Shown here one piece after another: positions 19,487 to 28,664 of a stretch of DNA of 64,000 nt. A model generated the notes under the pieces. That model had not been told where the DNA came from. It worked only from the letters and a program-made list of their open reading frames with translations, and searched no databases. A program made the translations under genes and the position numbers. Position 1 is the first letter of the stretch, and each line of letters opens with the position of its first letter. Source of the DNA: Oscillospiraceae bacterium. Its GTDB lineage: Bacteria > Bacillota > Clostridia > Oscillospirales > Oscillospiraceae. The stretch spans positions 33,876 through 97,875 of the forward strand of contig SVMC01000001.1 in NCBI GenBank assembly GCA_015067585.1, read 5' to 3'.

Positions 19487-19732
19487 TCAATCAAATTCCA
19501 GAAATTTGTGGGGAGGGATTTCCAAAGCCTTGCTGATGCGGAACAGGGTTTCCAGAGAAATGGACTTATCAATGTTTACAGCTTCGATCTGACCGATGAA
19601 GGAGGTCCCAACCCCCATGATCTCCGCAAGCTGCTCTTGGGTCAGGCCCTTTACCTTCCGGTAATAGGCAACCTTCAGGCCGACCATCTTGTAATAAGCT
19701 CTGAATTCATCCCGCATAACAATCACCTCCAT
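19487..19732 (-). CDS. XRE-family helix-turn-helix transcriptional regulator
   Basis: 81 aa. HTH_3 pattern LTQEQLAEIMGV..SFI.QIE. An intrinsic terminator lies downstream (agccgaac/gttcggct plus a U-tract). Confidence 0.8.
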   Translation of the reverse strand: MEVIVMRDEFRAYYKMVGLKVAYYRKVKGLTQEQLAEIMGVGTSFIGQIEAVNIDKSISLETLFRISKALEIPPHKFLEFD

Positions 19733-19832
19733 GTCGGTTATTATTATATGTTCTTGCGTTGGGAATTTGTATTTGATATAATTGACATATAAATATAATA
19801 AATAATAATAATTGGCGGGAGGAACAGCTGGA

Positions 19833-20078
19833 ATGCAAAAGAAAAAAGAGCTTTTGGAGATAGCGGATCAGCTTTATACACTGGGCCTTCAGGTAGAGCG
19901 TGAACGCGCACATTTGAAATCCCTGGTATTGGCAGGTGTGCCATACGAATCAGAGGAAATGCTCAGAGCACTAATAACCTTCCAAACATTAGAAAAAAGC
20001 TGGAAGCAATTAGAAGCAGACTATCTTTCCCTGCGTCAGGAAATTGAAAGAAAATCGCATCCGCAAACGGAAGAATGA
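19833..20078 (+). CDS. Small hypothetical coiled-coil protein, divergent from the XRE gene
   Basis: About 81 aa from the ATG at 19833 (the track start is 19812). The intergenic region is AT-rich with promoter-like boxes. No family was recognised. Confidence 0.4.
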   Translation: MQKKKELLEIADQLYTLGLQVERERAHLKSLVLAGVPYESEEMLRALITFQTLEKSWKQLEADYLSLRQEIERKSHPQTEE

Positions 20079-20223
20079 TACAAACACTTGCAAATAAACA
20101 AGAAATTTCCTTGCACTATAGGAAAAAATACCTCGTGGGAAAAGAAATGCTTGTGCTTTTGCCTCAGATGGGTTACAATATAAAATACGAAGTCTTTGGC
20201 TGATTCCAAAAGGAGGTTATCTT

Positions 20224-20577
20224 ATGATTCGTCACGACACGGAAAAGGGCGGCGTATCCGTCAACAGCAATGTGTATACCAACATCGCCGGCATTGCCGC
20301 CACCAACTGCTTCGGCGTGAAGGGCATGGCTGTGCGCTCCATGACGGACGGTCTGGTCCATCTGCTGCGCCGGGAGGCCATGAGCAAGGGCGTGCTGGTC
20401 ACATTCCACGACGATCATTCCATTTCCATCGACCTGCATATTGTGGTTGACCACGGCGTCAATGTGGCTGCCGTCTGCGAGTCCATCATCGCCGAGGTGC
20501 GTTATGTGGTGCAGCAGCAGACCAGCACGGAAGTCCGCATGGTCAATGTATTTGTGGATTCCATTACGACAGATTAA
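20224..20577 (+). CDS. Asp23/Gls24-family alkaline shock protein (YloU-like)
   Basis: 117 aa. GGAGG RBS. Carries V...IAGIAA....GV.GM and I.V...G.N. Confidence 0.85.
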   Translation: MIRHDTEKGGVSVNSNVYTNIAGIAATNCFGVKGMAVRSMTDGLVHLLRREAMSKGVLVTFHDDHSISIDLHIVVDHGVNVAAVCESIIAEVRYVVQQQTSTEVRMVNVFVDSITTD

Positions 20578-20580
20578 AGG

Positions 20581-22233
20581 GTGTATCCCGACGGAGGTGT
20601 GTTTCAATTGGCACATATCATTGATGGCGCAATGTTTCGCCGTATGGTCATCAGCGCTGCTGCCGCTATCGAGATTCATAAGGAAAAAGTTAACGAACTG
20701 AATGTATTCCCGGTTCCCGATGGAGACACCGGTACCAATATGAGCATGACGCTGAACGCAGCCGCTGCCGACCTTCGCAAGGCAGAGGATCCCGATCTGG
20801 GTAAGGCTGCTTCCATCACCGCTTCTGCCCTGCTTCGGGGCGCCAGAGGCAATTCCGGCGTTATCCTGTCCCTGCTGTTCCGCGGCATGTCCAAGGTGCT
20901 GAAGCCTCTTACCGAGTGCGACGGTGTCGCTCTGGGCAAGGCGCTGAACGAAGGCGTGGAAGCCGCCTACAAGGCAGTTATGAAGCCCGCCGAGGGCACC
21001 ATCCTCACCGTTTCCCGTCTGGCTGCCGCAGCCGCAGCGGAAGCAGCGGAGGAAGACAACGATTTTGAAGCGACCCTGCAGGCCGCCATTACCGCAGGCA
21101 AGGAGGCCCTTGCCAACACCGTCAACCAGAACCCGGTGCTGAAGAAGGCCGGCGTGGTGGACGCAGGCGGTATGGGCTGGATGCTGATTCTTGAGGGCAT
21201 GATGGCCGCCCTTCGGGGCGAGGACTTTGCGCCTCCCACGGAAGGCACCGTGGTGAAGGAAAGCGCGGATTTCGCCGCCTTCGACACCGAGGATATCACC
21301 TTCGGCTACTGCACCGAGTTCATCGTCTCCCGGGATAACGATCTGCAGCCCGCTGCCCTCCGGGAATTCCTGGACGGCATGGGCGACAGCCTTGTGCTGG
21401 TGGACGATGATGAGATCATCAAGGTCCATGTGCATACCAACAACCCCGGCACCGTGCTGGAGGAGGCCCTGAAATACGGCGCCCTGGTCACGGTAAAGAT
21501 CGAAAATATGCGCCTGCAGCACACCGAGAAGGTAATGGACGAGAAGGACCTCACCCCCAAGGAAGCTGCTCCCGAGAAGAAGTACGGCATCGTCAGCGTC
21601 TGCGCAGGCGACGGCCTTGCGGAAGTGTTCCGGGATCTTGGCTGCGACGGCATCATCTCCGGCGGTCAGACCATGAACCCCTCTACTGAGGATATCCTGA
21701 AGAAGATCCAGCAGACCCCTGCCGAGATCGTCTTCGTGCTGCCCAACAATAAGAACATCATCATGGCTGCCGAGCAGACCATTCCCCTCACGGAGAAAAA
21801 GGTCATCGTCATCCCCTCCAAGACCGTACCCCAGGGCATCACCGCCCTGCTGAGCTTCGATCCCGAGGGCGAGGAAGAGGAACTTACCGCCGCCATGACC
21901 GAGGCTCTTGGCAATGTGGACACCATGCAGATCACCTATGCCGCCCGCAATTCCGATTTTGACGGCTATGATATCCACGAGGGTGACTATCTGGCCCTGG
22001 CAGGCAGCAGCCTGTTCGGCACCGATCAGGACCTCAACGCCCTGCTCACCGCGCTTGCCCAGAAGGTAGCTGAGGATGGCAGAGAATTCATCACCATCTA
22101 CTATGGCGAGGACACCACCGAGGAGCAGGCCGCGAAGGCACAGGAGATCTTCTCCGAATGCTGCCCCGAGGCGGACATCAATCTGATCCGCGGCGGCCAG
22201 CCGGTCTACTATTTCATGATCTCCGCAGAATGA
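20581..22233 (+). CDS. DAK2 domain fusion protein YloV
   Basis: Carries the VFPVPDGDTGTNM motif. It follows asp23 as in the conserved yloU-yloV pair. The true start may be the TTG at 20608, behind a GGAGG. Confidence 0.88.
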   Translation: MYPDGGVFQLAHIIDGAMFRRMVISAAAAIEIHKEKVNELNVFPVPDGDTGTNMSMTLNAAAADLRKAEDPDLGKAASITASALLRGARGNSGVILSLLFRGMSKVLKPLTECDGVALGKALNEGVEAAYKAVMKPAEGTILTVSRLAAAAAAEAAEEDNDFEATLQAAITAGKEALANTVNQNPVLKKAGVVDAGGMGWMLILEGMMAALRGEDFAPPTEGTVVKESADFAAFDTEDITFGYCTEFIVSRDNDLQPAALREFLDGMGDSLVLVDDDEIIKVHVHTNNPGTVLEEALKYGALVTVKIENMRLQHTEKVMDEKDLTPKEAAPEKKYGIVSVCAGDGLAEVFRDLGCDGIISGGQTMNPSTEDILKKIQQTPAEIVFVLPNNKNIIMAAEQTIPLTEKKVIVIPSKTVPQGITALLSFDPEGEEEELTAAMTEALGNVDTMQITYAARNSDFDGYDIHEGDYLALAGSSLFGTDQDLNALLTALAQKVAEDGREFITIYYGEDTTEEQAAKAQEIFSECCPEADINLIRGGQPVYYFMISAE

Positions 22234-22388
22234 TTTGACATAGCAACACGCCGCCCGGGATTTCCCGGGCGGCGTCAGTATGTCAAAAGTCTTTTCGACG
22301 GAAAGACAAAGGCGGTTTCTTTCCTCTCACAATTTCCGAAATAAAACGAAGGACAGGAGCACCGGTCATCATGCGCCTGTCCTTGTTT

Positions 22389-24134
22389 TTAGCGCAGCTG
22401 TGTGCGGCACAGGTCTGCGTAGATGCCGTTTTCTTGCAGCAGGTCTTCGTGGGTGCCGGATTCCGCCACCCGTCCCTCCTGCATGACTAAAATGCGGTCA
22501 GCACTGCGGATGGTGGATAGGCGGTGGGCAATGGTGAGGGTGGTGCGGCCCTGAGAGAGGGTGCGGAGGGCCGAATGGATCTTCGCCTCGGTGACGGCGT
22601 CCAGCGCGGAGGTGGCTTCGTCCAGAATCAGAATGGCCGGGTCCTTCAGGAACATCCGGGCGATGGAGATGCGCTGCTTCTGTCCGCCGGACAGGCGCAC
22701 GCCCCGCTCGCCAACCTCAGTGTTGAAGCCATTGGGCATCTGCATGATGTCCTCATAAATTTCTGCTTTTTTGGCGGCATCCACCACTTCCTCAAAAGTG
22801 GCATCGGGTCTGCCGTAGCGGATGTTGTCCAGCACCGTTGCCGCAAAGAGGAATACATCCTGCTGCACGATGCCGATGCTGCGGCGAAGGGAGTCCTGGG
22901 TCACCTGCCGCACATCCCTGCCGTCAATGGTGATGGCGCCGGAATTTACATCGTAGAATCGCAGAATGAGTTGACATAATGTTGTTTTTCCGCCGCCGGA
23001 CAGGCCAACGATGGCGATGTTCTGCCCCGGCAGGGCATGGAAGCTGAGATCCTTCAGCACATCTGCCTCTTTGGTATAGGAGAAATTCACATGGGACACG
23101 GCAATATTCCCCTGCACATGGGAAAGCTCCACAGCATCCGGCGCATCCCGCACCGCAGGCTCCAGCCGCATCACTTCCACAAAGCGCTTGAGGCCCGCAA
23201 AGCCGCCGGCGAACATCTCGGACATGGTGCTGAGCTTTCGCACCGGATTGATGAACGCGGTGATAAAAAGCTGGAAGGTGACAAGGTCCACCAGGTCCAT
23301 TTTACCCCGCATGATGAGGAATCCGCCCGCACCGATCACTGCCACGGACAGCACCGAGGCAAGGCACTCCATGGCGGTCATAAACCGGCCCATGGCTACA
23401 TAGTATTCTCCCTTCGCCCGGACAAAGCGGCGGTTACCCTCTTTGAATTTTTCAGATTCCACCGCCTCATTGGCAAAGGCTTTGGCGGTGCGGATACCGG
23501 AAAGGGAGGACTCGATGCCGGCATTGATGTCGGCGGTTTTGCCCTTCAGCTCCGCGGAGGCCCGCTCCATCCGTCCCCGCTCCAGCATCAGGATCAGCAG
23601 GAACAGGGGCAGCACGATGGCCACCACCAGCGCAAGCTGCCACGCAATGCAGAACATGGCGATGAGAGCGCCGCCGATGGTGACGGCGCAGATGAGCAGA
23701 TTCTCCGGCCCGTGGTGGGCCAGCTCCGTAATGTCGAACAGGTCGGAGGTCAGGCGGCTCATAAGCTGACCGGTGCGGCTTTGATCGAAGAAGTCAAAGC
23801 TCAGCCGCTGCATCTGATGGAACAGGTCGGAGCGAATGTCCGCCTCCACCCGGATGCCGAACACATGGCCCCAATAGGTGACCACATAGTAAAGACCCGC
23901 CCGCAGGAGGAAGGCAGCGATCACGATGGCAATGACGATGAAAAACGCCCGATACTCCTGCCGGGGCAGCAGTTCCTGCAGCACCGTCCGGGACACCAGC
24001 GGAAAGGCCAGATCCACCGCCGAAACCAGCAGGGCGCAGAACATATCCAATAAAAACAATCCCCAATGGGGCTTAAAATAGGAAAGGAAAATGCGAAGCA
24101 CCGAATGCTCCTTAAAATAGGCAGTATTCTTCAT
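22389..24134 (-). CDS. ABC exporter, fused permease/ATPase (MsbA/multidrug type)
   Basis: Six-TM N-terminal domain, Walker A GLSGGGKTT, signature LSGGQKQRISIAR and Walker B ILILDEATSALD. The ATG at 24134 with a GGGGGA RBS is preferred over 24317. Confidence 0.9.
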   Translation of the reverse strand: MKNTAYFKEHSVLRIFLSYFKPHWGLFLLDMFCALLVSAVDLAFPLVSRTVLQELLPRQEYRAFFIVIAIVIAAFLLRAGLYYVVTYWGHVFGIRVEADIRSDLFHQMQRLSFDFFDQSRTGQLMSRLTSDLFDITELAHHGPENLLICAVTIGGALIAMFCIAWQLALVVAIVLPLFLLILMLERGRMERASAELKGKTADINAGIESSLSGIRTAKAFANEAVESEKFKEGNRRFVRAKGEYYVAMGRFMTAMECLASVLSVAVIGAGGFLIMRGKMDLVDLVTFQLFITAFINPVRKLSTMSEMFAGGFAGLKRFVEVMRLEPAVRDAPDAVELSHVQGNIAVSHVNFSYTKEADVLKDLSFHALPGQNIAIVGLSGGGKTTLCQLILRFYDVNSGAITIDGRDVRQVTQDSLRRSIGIVQQDVFLFAATVLDNIRYGRPDATFEEVVDAAKKAEIYEDIMQMPNGFNTEVGERGVRLSGGQKQRISIARMFLKDPAILILDEATSALDAVTEAKIHSALRTLSQGRTTLTIAHRLSTIRSADRILVMQEGRVAESGTHEDLLQENGIYADLCRTQLR

Positions 24135-24210
24135 AATTCCCCCGTATTCCAAATCATTGTTAGAATTATTATAAGAGTGGTGGATGAAAAATGCAAGCCT
24201 TGCAAGTCGA

Positions 24211-25119
24211 TCAGGAGGCGGTTCCCCGATCGGCAAAGCGTTTGCTTTTCCTGTAAGCACCGGGACTTTGGCAGAACAATTCCCGGAATTTTCGACAGAA
24301 ATAACCGACATTCTCAAAACCGGTTTCCTCCGCGATCCGGGTCACACTCTTATCCGTGGTGCGAAGGAGCCTTGCGGCACAGTTCAGGCGGTACTGGATG
24401 AGATAGGCAATGGGAGATTGCTGGATACCGTCCCGGAAGATCTGCAGGGCACTGCTTTTGCTGATATACACCGAATCTGCAATTTCTTTCAGAGTAATCG
24501 TTTCTGTGTAATGGTCATGAATGTACTGAAGCATAAGCTGAAGCCTTGCCTGTGTGCTTCCGGGCCAGGATTTTTCATGGCGGTCCGTATGCTGCGCCAA
24601 AGTATCCCAGAGCGCCAACAGCCGCCGCAGGACTTGAAGCTCGTTGGGCCTTCCTGCCTCATGCATAGAGAATACAGCTTCCATCTCACAAAGGATCTGT
24701 GCCTGCCACGGTGTATCAAAGGAGAACAGGATGCATGGCATTGCGTTTTCTATCACAGGGCGCACATAGTCCCGGTAGATCAGGCTATCCTCCGGTGCCA
24801 GCAAGCAGGGAGAGAATACGAAATTCGGCATCAAAGCACTGCCGTTGGCAGAAAATCGATGCACGACCCGGCTGTTGATAAATACACCGCTGCCTGCCGG
24901 GATCGTCATCTGACAGCCCCCTGCACTCAGGGTAACAGAACCGCTTCTGACATATGCGAATTCCAATTCATCATGCCAATGCCAACCGATGGAATGCGCT
25001 TCGAAATCCCACACATTTTCCAGATAGTATTGAAAGGGATATTCGGCCTTTCCGTGTACGGCGGTTTCTCTCAGGTATTCATCCGTGGTGATTTTTAAGT
25101 CCGGGGAGTTTGCCTGCAT
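24211..25119 (-). CDS. AraC-family transcriptional regulator (cupin plus HTH)
   Basis: N-terminal cupin (HWHDELEF.YV..G). The C-terminus has AraC HTH helices (IA...GF.N..YF.R.F). Confidence 0.88.
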   Translation of the reverse strand: MQANSPDLKITTDEYLRETAVHGKAEYPFQYYLENVWDFEAHSIGWHWHDELEFAYVRSGSVTLSAGGCQMTIPAGSGVFINSRVVHRFSANGSALMPNFVFSPCLLAPEDSLIYRDYVRPVIENAMPCILFSFDTPWQAQILCEMEAVFSMHEAGRPNELQVLRRLLALWDTLAQHTDRHEKSWPGSTQARLQLMLQYIHDHYTETITLKEIADSVYISKSSALQIFRDGIQQSPIAYLIQYRLNCAARLLRTTDKSVTRIAEETGFENVGYFCRKFRELFCQSPGAYRKSKRFADRGTAS

Positions 25120-25237
25120 AGTGCCTCTCCTTTCTGTATTTTGGGATATTGTACCATAATATGCGGATATCGTCCAGTGACTTGCGATTGTATTTGGGAT
25201 ATAATTTTATAAACACATATAAAGGAGCATTTCCGTC

Positions 25238-26428
25238 ATGCACAAGAACTACCGCAGGACATTGATTGCCTGCTATATGGGCTTCATCACCCAGGCCATT
25301 ACCTCCAATTTTGTAACCCTGCTGTTCCTTACCTTTTATTCCGACTACCATATTTCTCTGGGCCGTATCGCCCTGATCCCTTCCACCTTCTTCATTACCC
25401 AGCTCATTGTGGATGCCCTGTGCGCCCGCTATGTGGACAGGATCGGCTACCGCAGAGCCATTCTGGTCTCTCAGATCGCGGCGGGTGCCGGACTTGCGGG
25501 TCTGGCCTTCCTGCCGGAGTTGTTCCCGGATCCCTTTGTGGGTATCTTGCTGTGCGTGGTCATCTATGCCATCGGCAGCGGCCTCATTGAGGTGCTGTGC
25601 AGCCCCATCGTGGAAGCCTGCCCGTTGGACAATAAAGCTTCCGTCATGAGCCTGCTCCATTCCTTCTATTGCTGGGGCTCTGTGGCGGTGATCGTGGTGT
25701 CCACGGCGTTCTTTGCCCTCTTCGGTACGGAAAACTGGAAGTGGCTGGCCTGCTTCTGGGCATTGATCCCCCTTGTAAACATTGCCAATTTCGCCGTCTG
25801 CCCCATCAATCATCTGGTGGAGGAGGGCAAAGGTATGTCCATCCGGGATCTTTTCAAAACGCCATTGTTCTGGCTGGCGGTGCTGCTGATGGTCTGCTCC
25901 GGCGCTTCCGAGCTTGCCATGGCCCAGTGGGCTTCCGCCTTTGTGGAATCCGCCCTCGGCCTTTCCAAAACCATGGGCGATCTGGCAGGCCCCTGTATGT
26001 TTGCCATCACCATGGGCATCAGCCGCGTGATCTACAGCAAGTGGGGCGAAAAGGTGGACCTGAGCGGCTATATGCTGGGTTCCGGTGTTCTGTGCTTCGC
26101 CTGCTATCTGCTGGCCTCCATGAGCGCCAACCCCGTGTGGGGTCTGGTGGGCTGCATCGCCTGCGGCTTCTCCGTGGGCATCATGTGGCCCGGCACCATC
26201 AGCATCTCCTCTGCCAAAATGCCTCTGGGCGGCACGGCGCTGTTTGCCCTGCTGGCCATGTCCGGTGACTTAGGCGGTGCCTTTGGCCCCACCCTTGTGG
26301 GCTATGCGACCCAGCTTGCGGGGGATGACCTGCGGGTGGGTCTACGCACCGGCTGCATCTTCCCCATTTTATTGATCGTGGGTCTCCTCCTCATGAAGCG
26401 GGTGTCCCGCAAAAAGAGCACCGTATAA
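25238..26428 (+). CDS. MFS transporter
   Basis: 396 aa with about 12 hydrophobic segments. It is divergent from the AraC gene. Confidence 0.85.
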   Translation: MHKNYRRTLIACYMGFITQAITSNFVTLLFLTFYSDYHISLGRIALIPSTFFITQLIVDALCARYVDRIGYRRAILVSQIAAGAGLAGLAFLPELFPDPFVGILLCVVIYAIGSGLIEVLCSPIVEACPLDNKASVMSLLHSFYCWGSVAVIVVSTAFFALFGTENWKWLACFWALIPLVNIANFAVCPINHLVEEGKGMSIRDLFKTPLFWLAVLLMVCSGASELAMAQWASAFVESALGLSKTMGDLAGPCMFAITMGISRVIYSKWGEKVDLSGYMLGSGVLCFACYLLASMSANPVWGLVGCIACGFSVGIMWPGTISISSAKMPLGGTALFALLAMSGDLGGAFGPTLVGYATQLAGDDLRVGLRTGCIFPILLIVGLLLMKRVSRKKSTV

Positions 26429-26433
26429 ATCAA

Positions 26434-26458
26434 AGACCGGGGTGACCCCGGTCTTTTT
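26434..26458 (+). terminator. Intrinsic terminator after the MFS gene
   Basis: agaccgggg / ccccggtct stem followed by tttt. Confidence 0.8.
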
Positions 26459-26557
26459 GCGTAAAATTGCGCAGAAAATGGTTCGATTATATCGAGATTA
26501 CCGGCGAATTCGAAGCCTTTTTCGGGCGGCGGATGATATCCGGCTGCCTTTGCGAAG

Positions 26558-26604
26558 AAACAAAAAACGGCCCTGCGTCTTGAGTTTCAAGACGCAGAGC
26601 CGTT
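26558..26604 (-). terminator. Intrinsic terminator after xpt
   Basis: 18-bp stem (aacggccctgcgtcttga / tcaagacgcagagccgtt, one mismatch) plus a U-tract on the minus strand. Confidence 0.85.
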
Positions 26605-26612
26605 TGATCTTA

Positions 26613-27191
26613 TCAAGTGCCGTCGCGGAAGGTGATGGTGCCGCCCTCGGTGCTTTCGATGATGGCGAGGGAGTGGATGTTCTGGCCTGCCTCGCGCAGA
26701 CGGTCGCCGCCGTGCTGGAAGCCTTTTTCTACCGCAATGCCGATGCCCTCAAGGGTGGCGCCTGCCTTGGCAACGATATCGCACAGGCCGCGCATGGCTT
26801 CGCCGTTGGCCATAAAGTCATCTACGATCAGGACACGGTCGGTGGATTTGATCCAGTCCTGGGACACCAGCAGGGTGACCTTCTTCTTATATGTATAGGA
26901 ATAAATATCGCTCTGGTAGAGGCCGCCTTCGATGTTGTCGCTTTTGGCCTTCTTGGCGAATACCATGGGAACGCCGTACTTGCCGGCGCAGGCCATAGCA
27001 AGGGCGATGCCGCTAGCTTCCGCAGTGAGCACCATGGTGACCTTGCTGATGTCAAAATACTTCTTGAACTCCTCGGCGATCTCGTCCATCAGGACAGTAT
27101 CCACCCGATGGTTCAGGAAGCCGTCGACCTTGATGATATTGCCGGGCAGAATTCTGCCTTCGCTGCGGATGCGTTCTTTCAGTTTTTCCAT
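26613..27191 (-). CDS. xpt: Xanthine phosphoribosyltransferase
   Basis: 192 aa. Carries MEKLKERI...G.IL.GNI.KVD.FLNH..D and the PRPP motif VLIVDDF.A.G.A. AAGGAG RBS. The track ORF extends spuriously to 27506. Confidence 0.93.
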   Translation of the reverse strand: MEKLKERIRSEGRILPGNIIKVDGFLNHRVDTVLMDEIAEEFKKYFDISKVTMVLTAEASGIALAMACAGKYGVPMVFAKKAKSDNIEGGLYQSDIYSYTYKKKVTLLVSQDWIKSTDRVLIVDDFMANGEAMRGLCDIVAKAGATLEGIGIAVEKGFQHGGDRLREAGQNIHSLAIIESTEGGTITFRDGT

Positions 27192-27392
27192 AACGATTCT
27201 CCTTTTTCTTTTGCTTATATTTTGTGGGAAAACGGGCAAAAATACAAGTGGGCAGTATTCCGAAGTTTTCCCCGGAAGTGCGTCGGTTTTTGTCAGATTG
27301 CACAAAGCTTGTCCCGGATTTGTCACAGAAATTGATTTCCAATGAAAAGAAGCTGAGACAAAAAGTTTTTTCCAAAAGTGGAAAAGTTTTTG

Positions 27393-27420
27393 TTGACAAA
27401 TGGCCGGAAATGTGTATAAT
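27393..27420 (+). promoter_or_regulatory. Sigma-A promoter of tRNA-Gln: TTGACA, 16-nt spacer, TATAAT, with an A/T-rich UP-like region upstream
   Basis: Consensus hexamers read directly, 22 nt upstream of the tRNA 5' end. Confidence 0.75.
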
Positions 27421-27441
27421 AATATTTGCTCAACGAAGCAT

Positions 27442-27515
27442 AGCGGGTTTGTGTAATGGTAGCACAGCGGACTCTGACTCCGTATGTGAGGGTTCAAATC
27501 CTTCACCCGCTGCCA
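27442..27515 (+). tRNA. tRNA-Gln (anticodon CTG), CCA encoded
   Basis: Folded by hand. Acceptor agcgggt/acccgct, D stem gtgt/gcac, anticodon stem gcgga/tccgt with loop ct-CTG-ac, T arm gaggg-ttcaaat-ccttc, discriminator G, CCA. Confidence 0.9.
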
Positions 27516-27517
27516 TG

Positions 27518-27557
27518 AAAAAAGTCACTTTTGTCTACTGACAAGAGTGACTTTTTT
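27518..27557 (+). terminator. Intrinsic terminator after tRNA-Gln
   Basis: aaaaagtcact...agtgacttttt stem with an inner ttgtc/gacaa pairing and a U-tract. Confidence 0.8.
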
Positions 27558-27561
27558 CAAT

Positions 27562-27727
27562 GATATCCGTTCCTGGCGGAACGGGTGATATATCTTCGAT
27601 ATGATATCCACCTGCGGTGGATGATATATGCCTTCGGCATATGGAGGAACGGATATTATATCATATTTGCAACGCAAATATATCATACGGCAAAGCCGTA
27701 TATCATATCGCGCAAGCGATATATCAT
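27562..27727. repeat. Array of 7 unique short hairpins separated by (G)ATATCAT-type constant motifs
   Basis: Hairpins lie at 27567-84, 27590-602, 27606-22, 27626-42, 27663-81, 27685-701 and 27705-22. ATATCAT occurs at 27658, 27680, 27700 and 27721. Confidence 0.85.
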
Positions 27728-27877
27728 TGAGTAATGCAACAAATTATGTTACCTCACGATGTTCATCCCCACTACTTTCTCCCAAAAATTTTTTCCAATT
27801 TCCCTCCCTTTGTTCATGACTAATTCATAATTATCCTGTATTGTGGCATTATATTTAAAACAAAGGAGGCGTAACCT

Positions 27878-28504
27878 ATGAAAAAAACCATCGTACTGTG
27901 CATTCTGACTGCCCTTCTCTTCACCGGCTGCGCCCGAATGCCGGTTCAGCCTGAGCCTGCCGCCCCTGAGGTGGTCGACCCGACCGTTACCGGGACCACC
28001 AACGAGACGATGCCGGCCGCTGAAACTGCTTCTGCAGCACAGCCCGGCGGCGGGATCACGGAGGAGGAAGCAAAAGATATCGCCATCTCCCATGCAGGCC
28101 TCACGCAGGATCAGGTCACCTTCGTCAAGAGCCATCTGGATCCGGAGGACGGCCGCAAGGTCTATGATGTGGAATTCTACACCCAAGACTTCAAAGAATA
28201 CGATTATGAGATCAACGCCGAGACCGGCGAGATCGTAGAATTCGATTCTGACGCGGAATTCTATGCACCCCCGGCGGACAGCGGCGCTGTCGGCGGCATC
28301 ACAGAGGACAGTGCAAAGGCCCTCGCCCTCGAAAGAGTACCGGGCGCGACCCTTTCCGACATCCGGGAATTCAAAGCGGACCACGACGACGGACGGCTGG
28401 AATATGAAGGCACCATCGTCTTCGACAAGACAGAATACGAATTCGAGATCGATGCCGCCACCGGCGAATTTCTGAGCTGGGAAGCGGAGTCCGTATTTGA
28501 TTGA
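27878..28504 (+). CDS. PepSY-domain lipoprotein (two PepSY repeats)
   Basis: Lipobox LFTGC. Repeated I(T/S)EE.AK..AL......(V/L).......D(D/G)....YE(V/G)....... EYE.EI.A.TGE. Confidence 0.8.
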   Translation: MKKTIVLCILTALLFTGCARMPVQPEPAAPEVVDPTVTGTTNETMPAAETASAAQPGGGITEEEAKDIAISHAGLTQDQVTFVKSHLDPEDGRKVYDVEFYTQDFKEYDYEINAETGEIVEFDSDAEFYAPPADSGAVGGITEDSAKALALERVPGATLSDIREFKADHDDGRLEYEGTIVFDKTEYEFEIDAATGEFLSWEAESVFD

Positions 28505-28525
28505 TACAAAAGCATAATGTCAAGC

Positions 28526-28553
28526 GGCGTGACCTGCGGGTCACGCCGTTTTT
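28526..28553 (+). terminator. Intrinsic terminator after the PepSY gene
   Basis: ggcgtgacc / ggtcacgcc stem followed by gttttt. Confidence 0.85.
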
Positions 28554-28664
28554 GTCTTTCTGTCAACCGAAGAGGCATCAGAATTGACCGAACAGACAAA
28601 AAACAACATTTCCCCATATTTATCTGCTATGATGAGGACAGAAATGAGTATGGAGGACAACAGA

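Noticed and set aside
19833-20078. The small ORF as a Spo0E-like phosphatase.
   Set aside because: Size and helical character fit, but the signature SQELD motif is absent.
27192-27506. Upstream in-frame extension of the xpt ORF, which runs across tRNA-Gln on the opposite strand.
   Set aside because: The Xpt homology starts at the ATG at 27191 behind AAGGAG. The extension covers a promoter and a tRNA gene.
27562-27727. The possibility that the hairpin arrays are CRISPR arrays.
   Set aside because: The constant element is only about 7 nt and the variable parts are 13-17-nt self-complementary hairpins. There are no 25-40-nt repeats and no cas genes in the window.
28458-28470. ACCGGCGAATT inside the PepSY coding sequence, as a further copy of the ACCGGCGAATTCG intergenic block.
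   Set aside because: It is an 11-nt match within a coding region (TGEF), without the flanking repeat context. It is probably coincidental.
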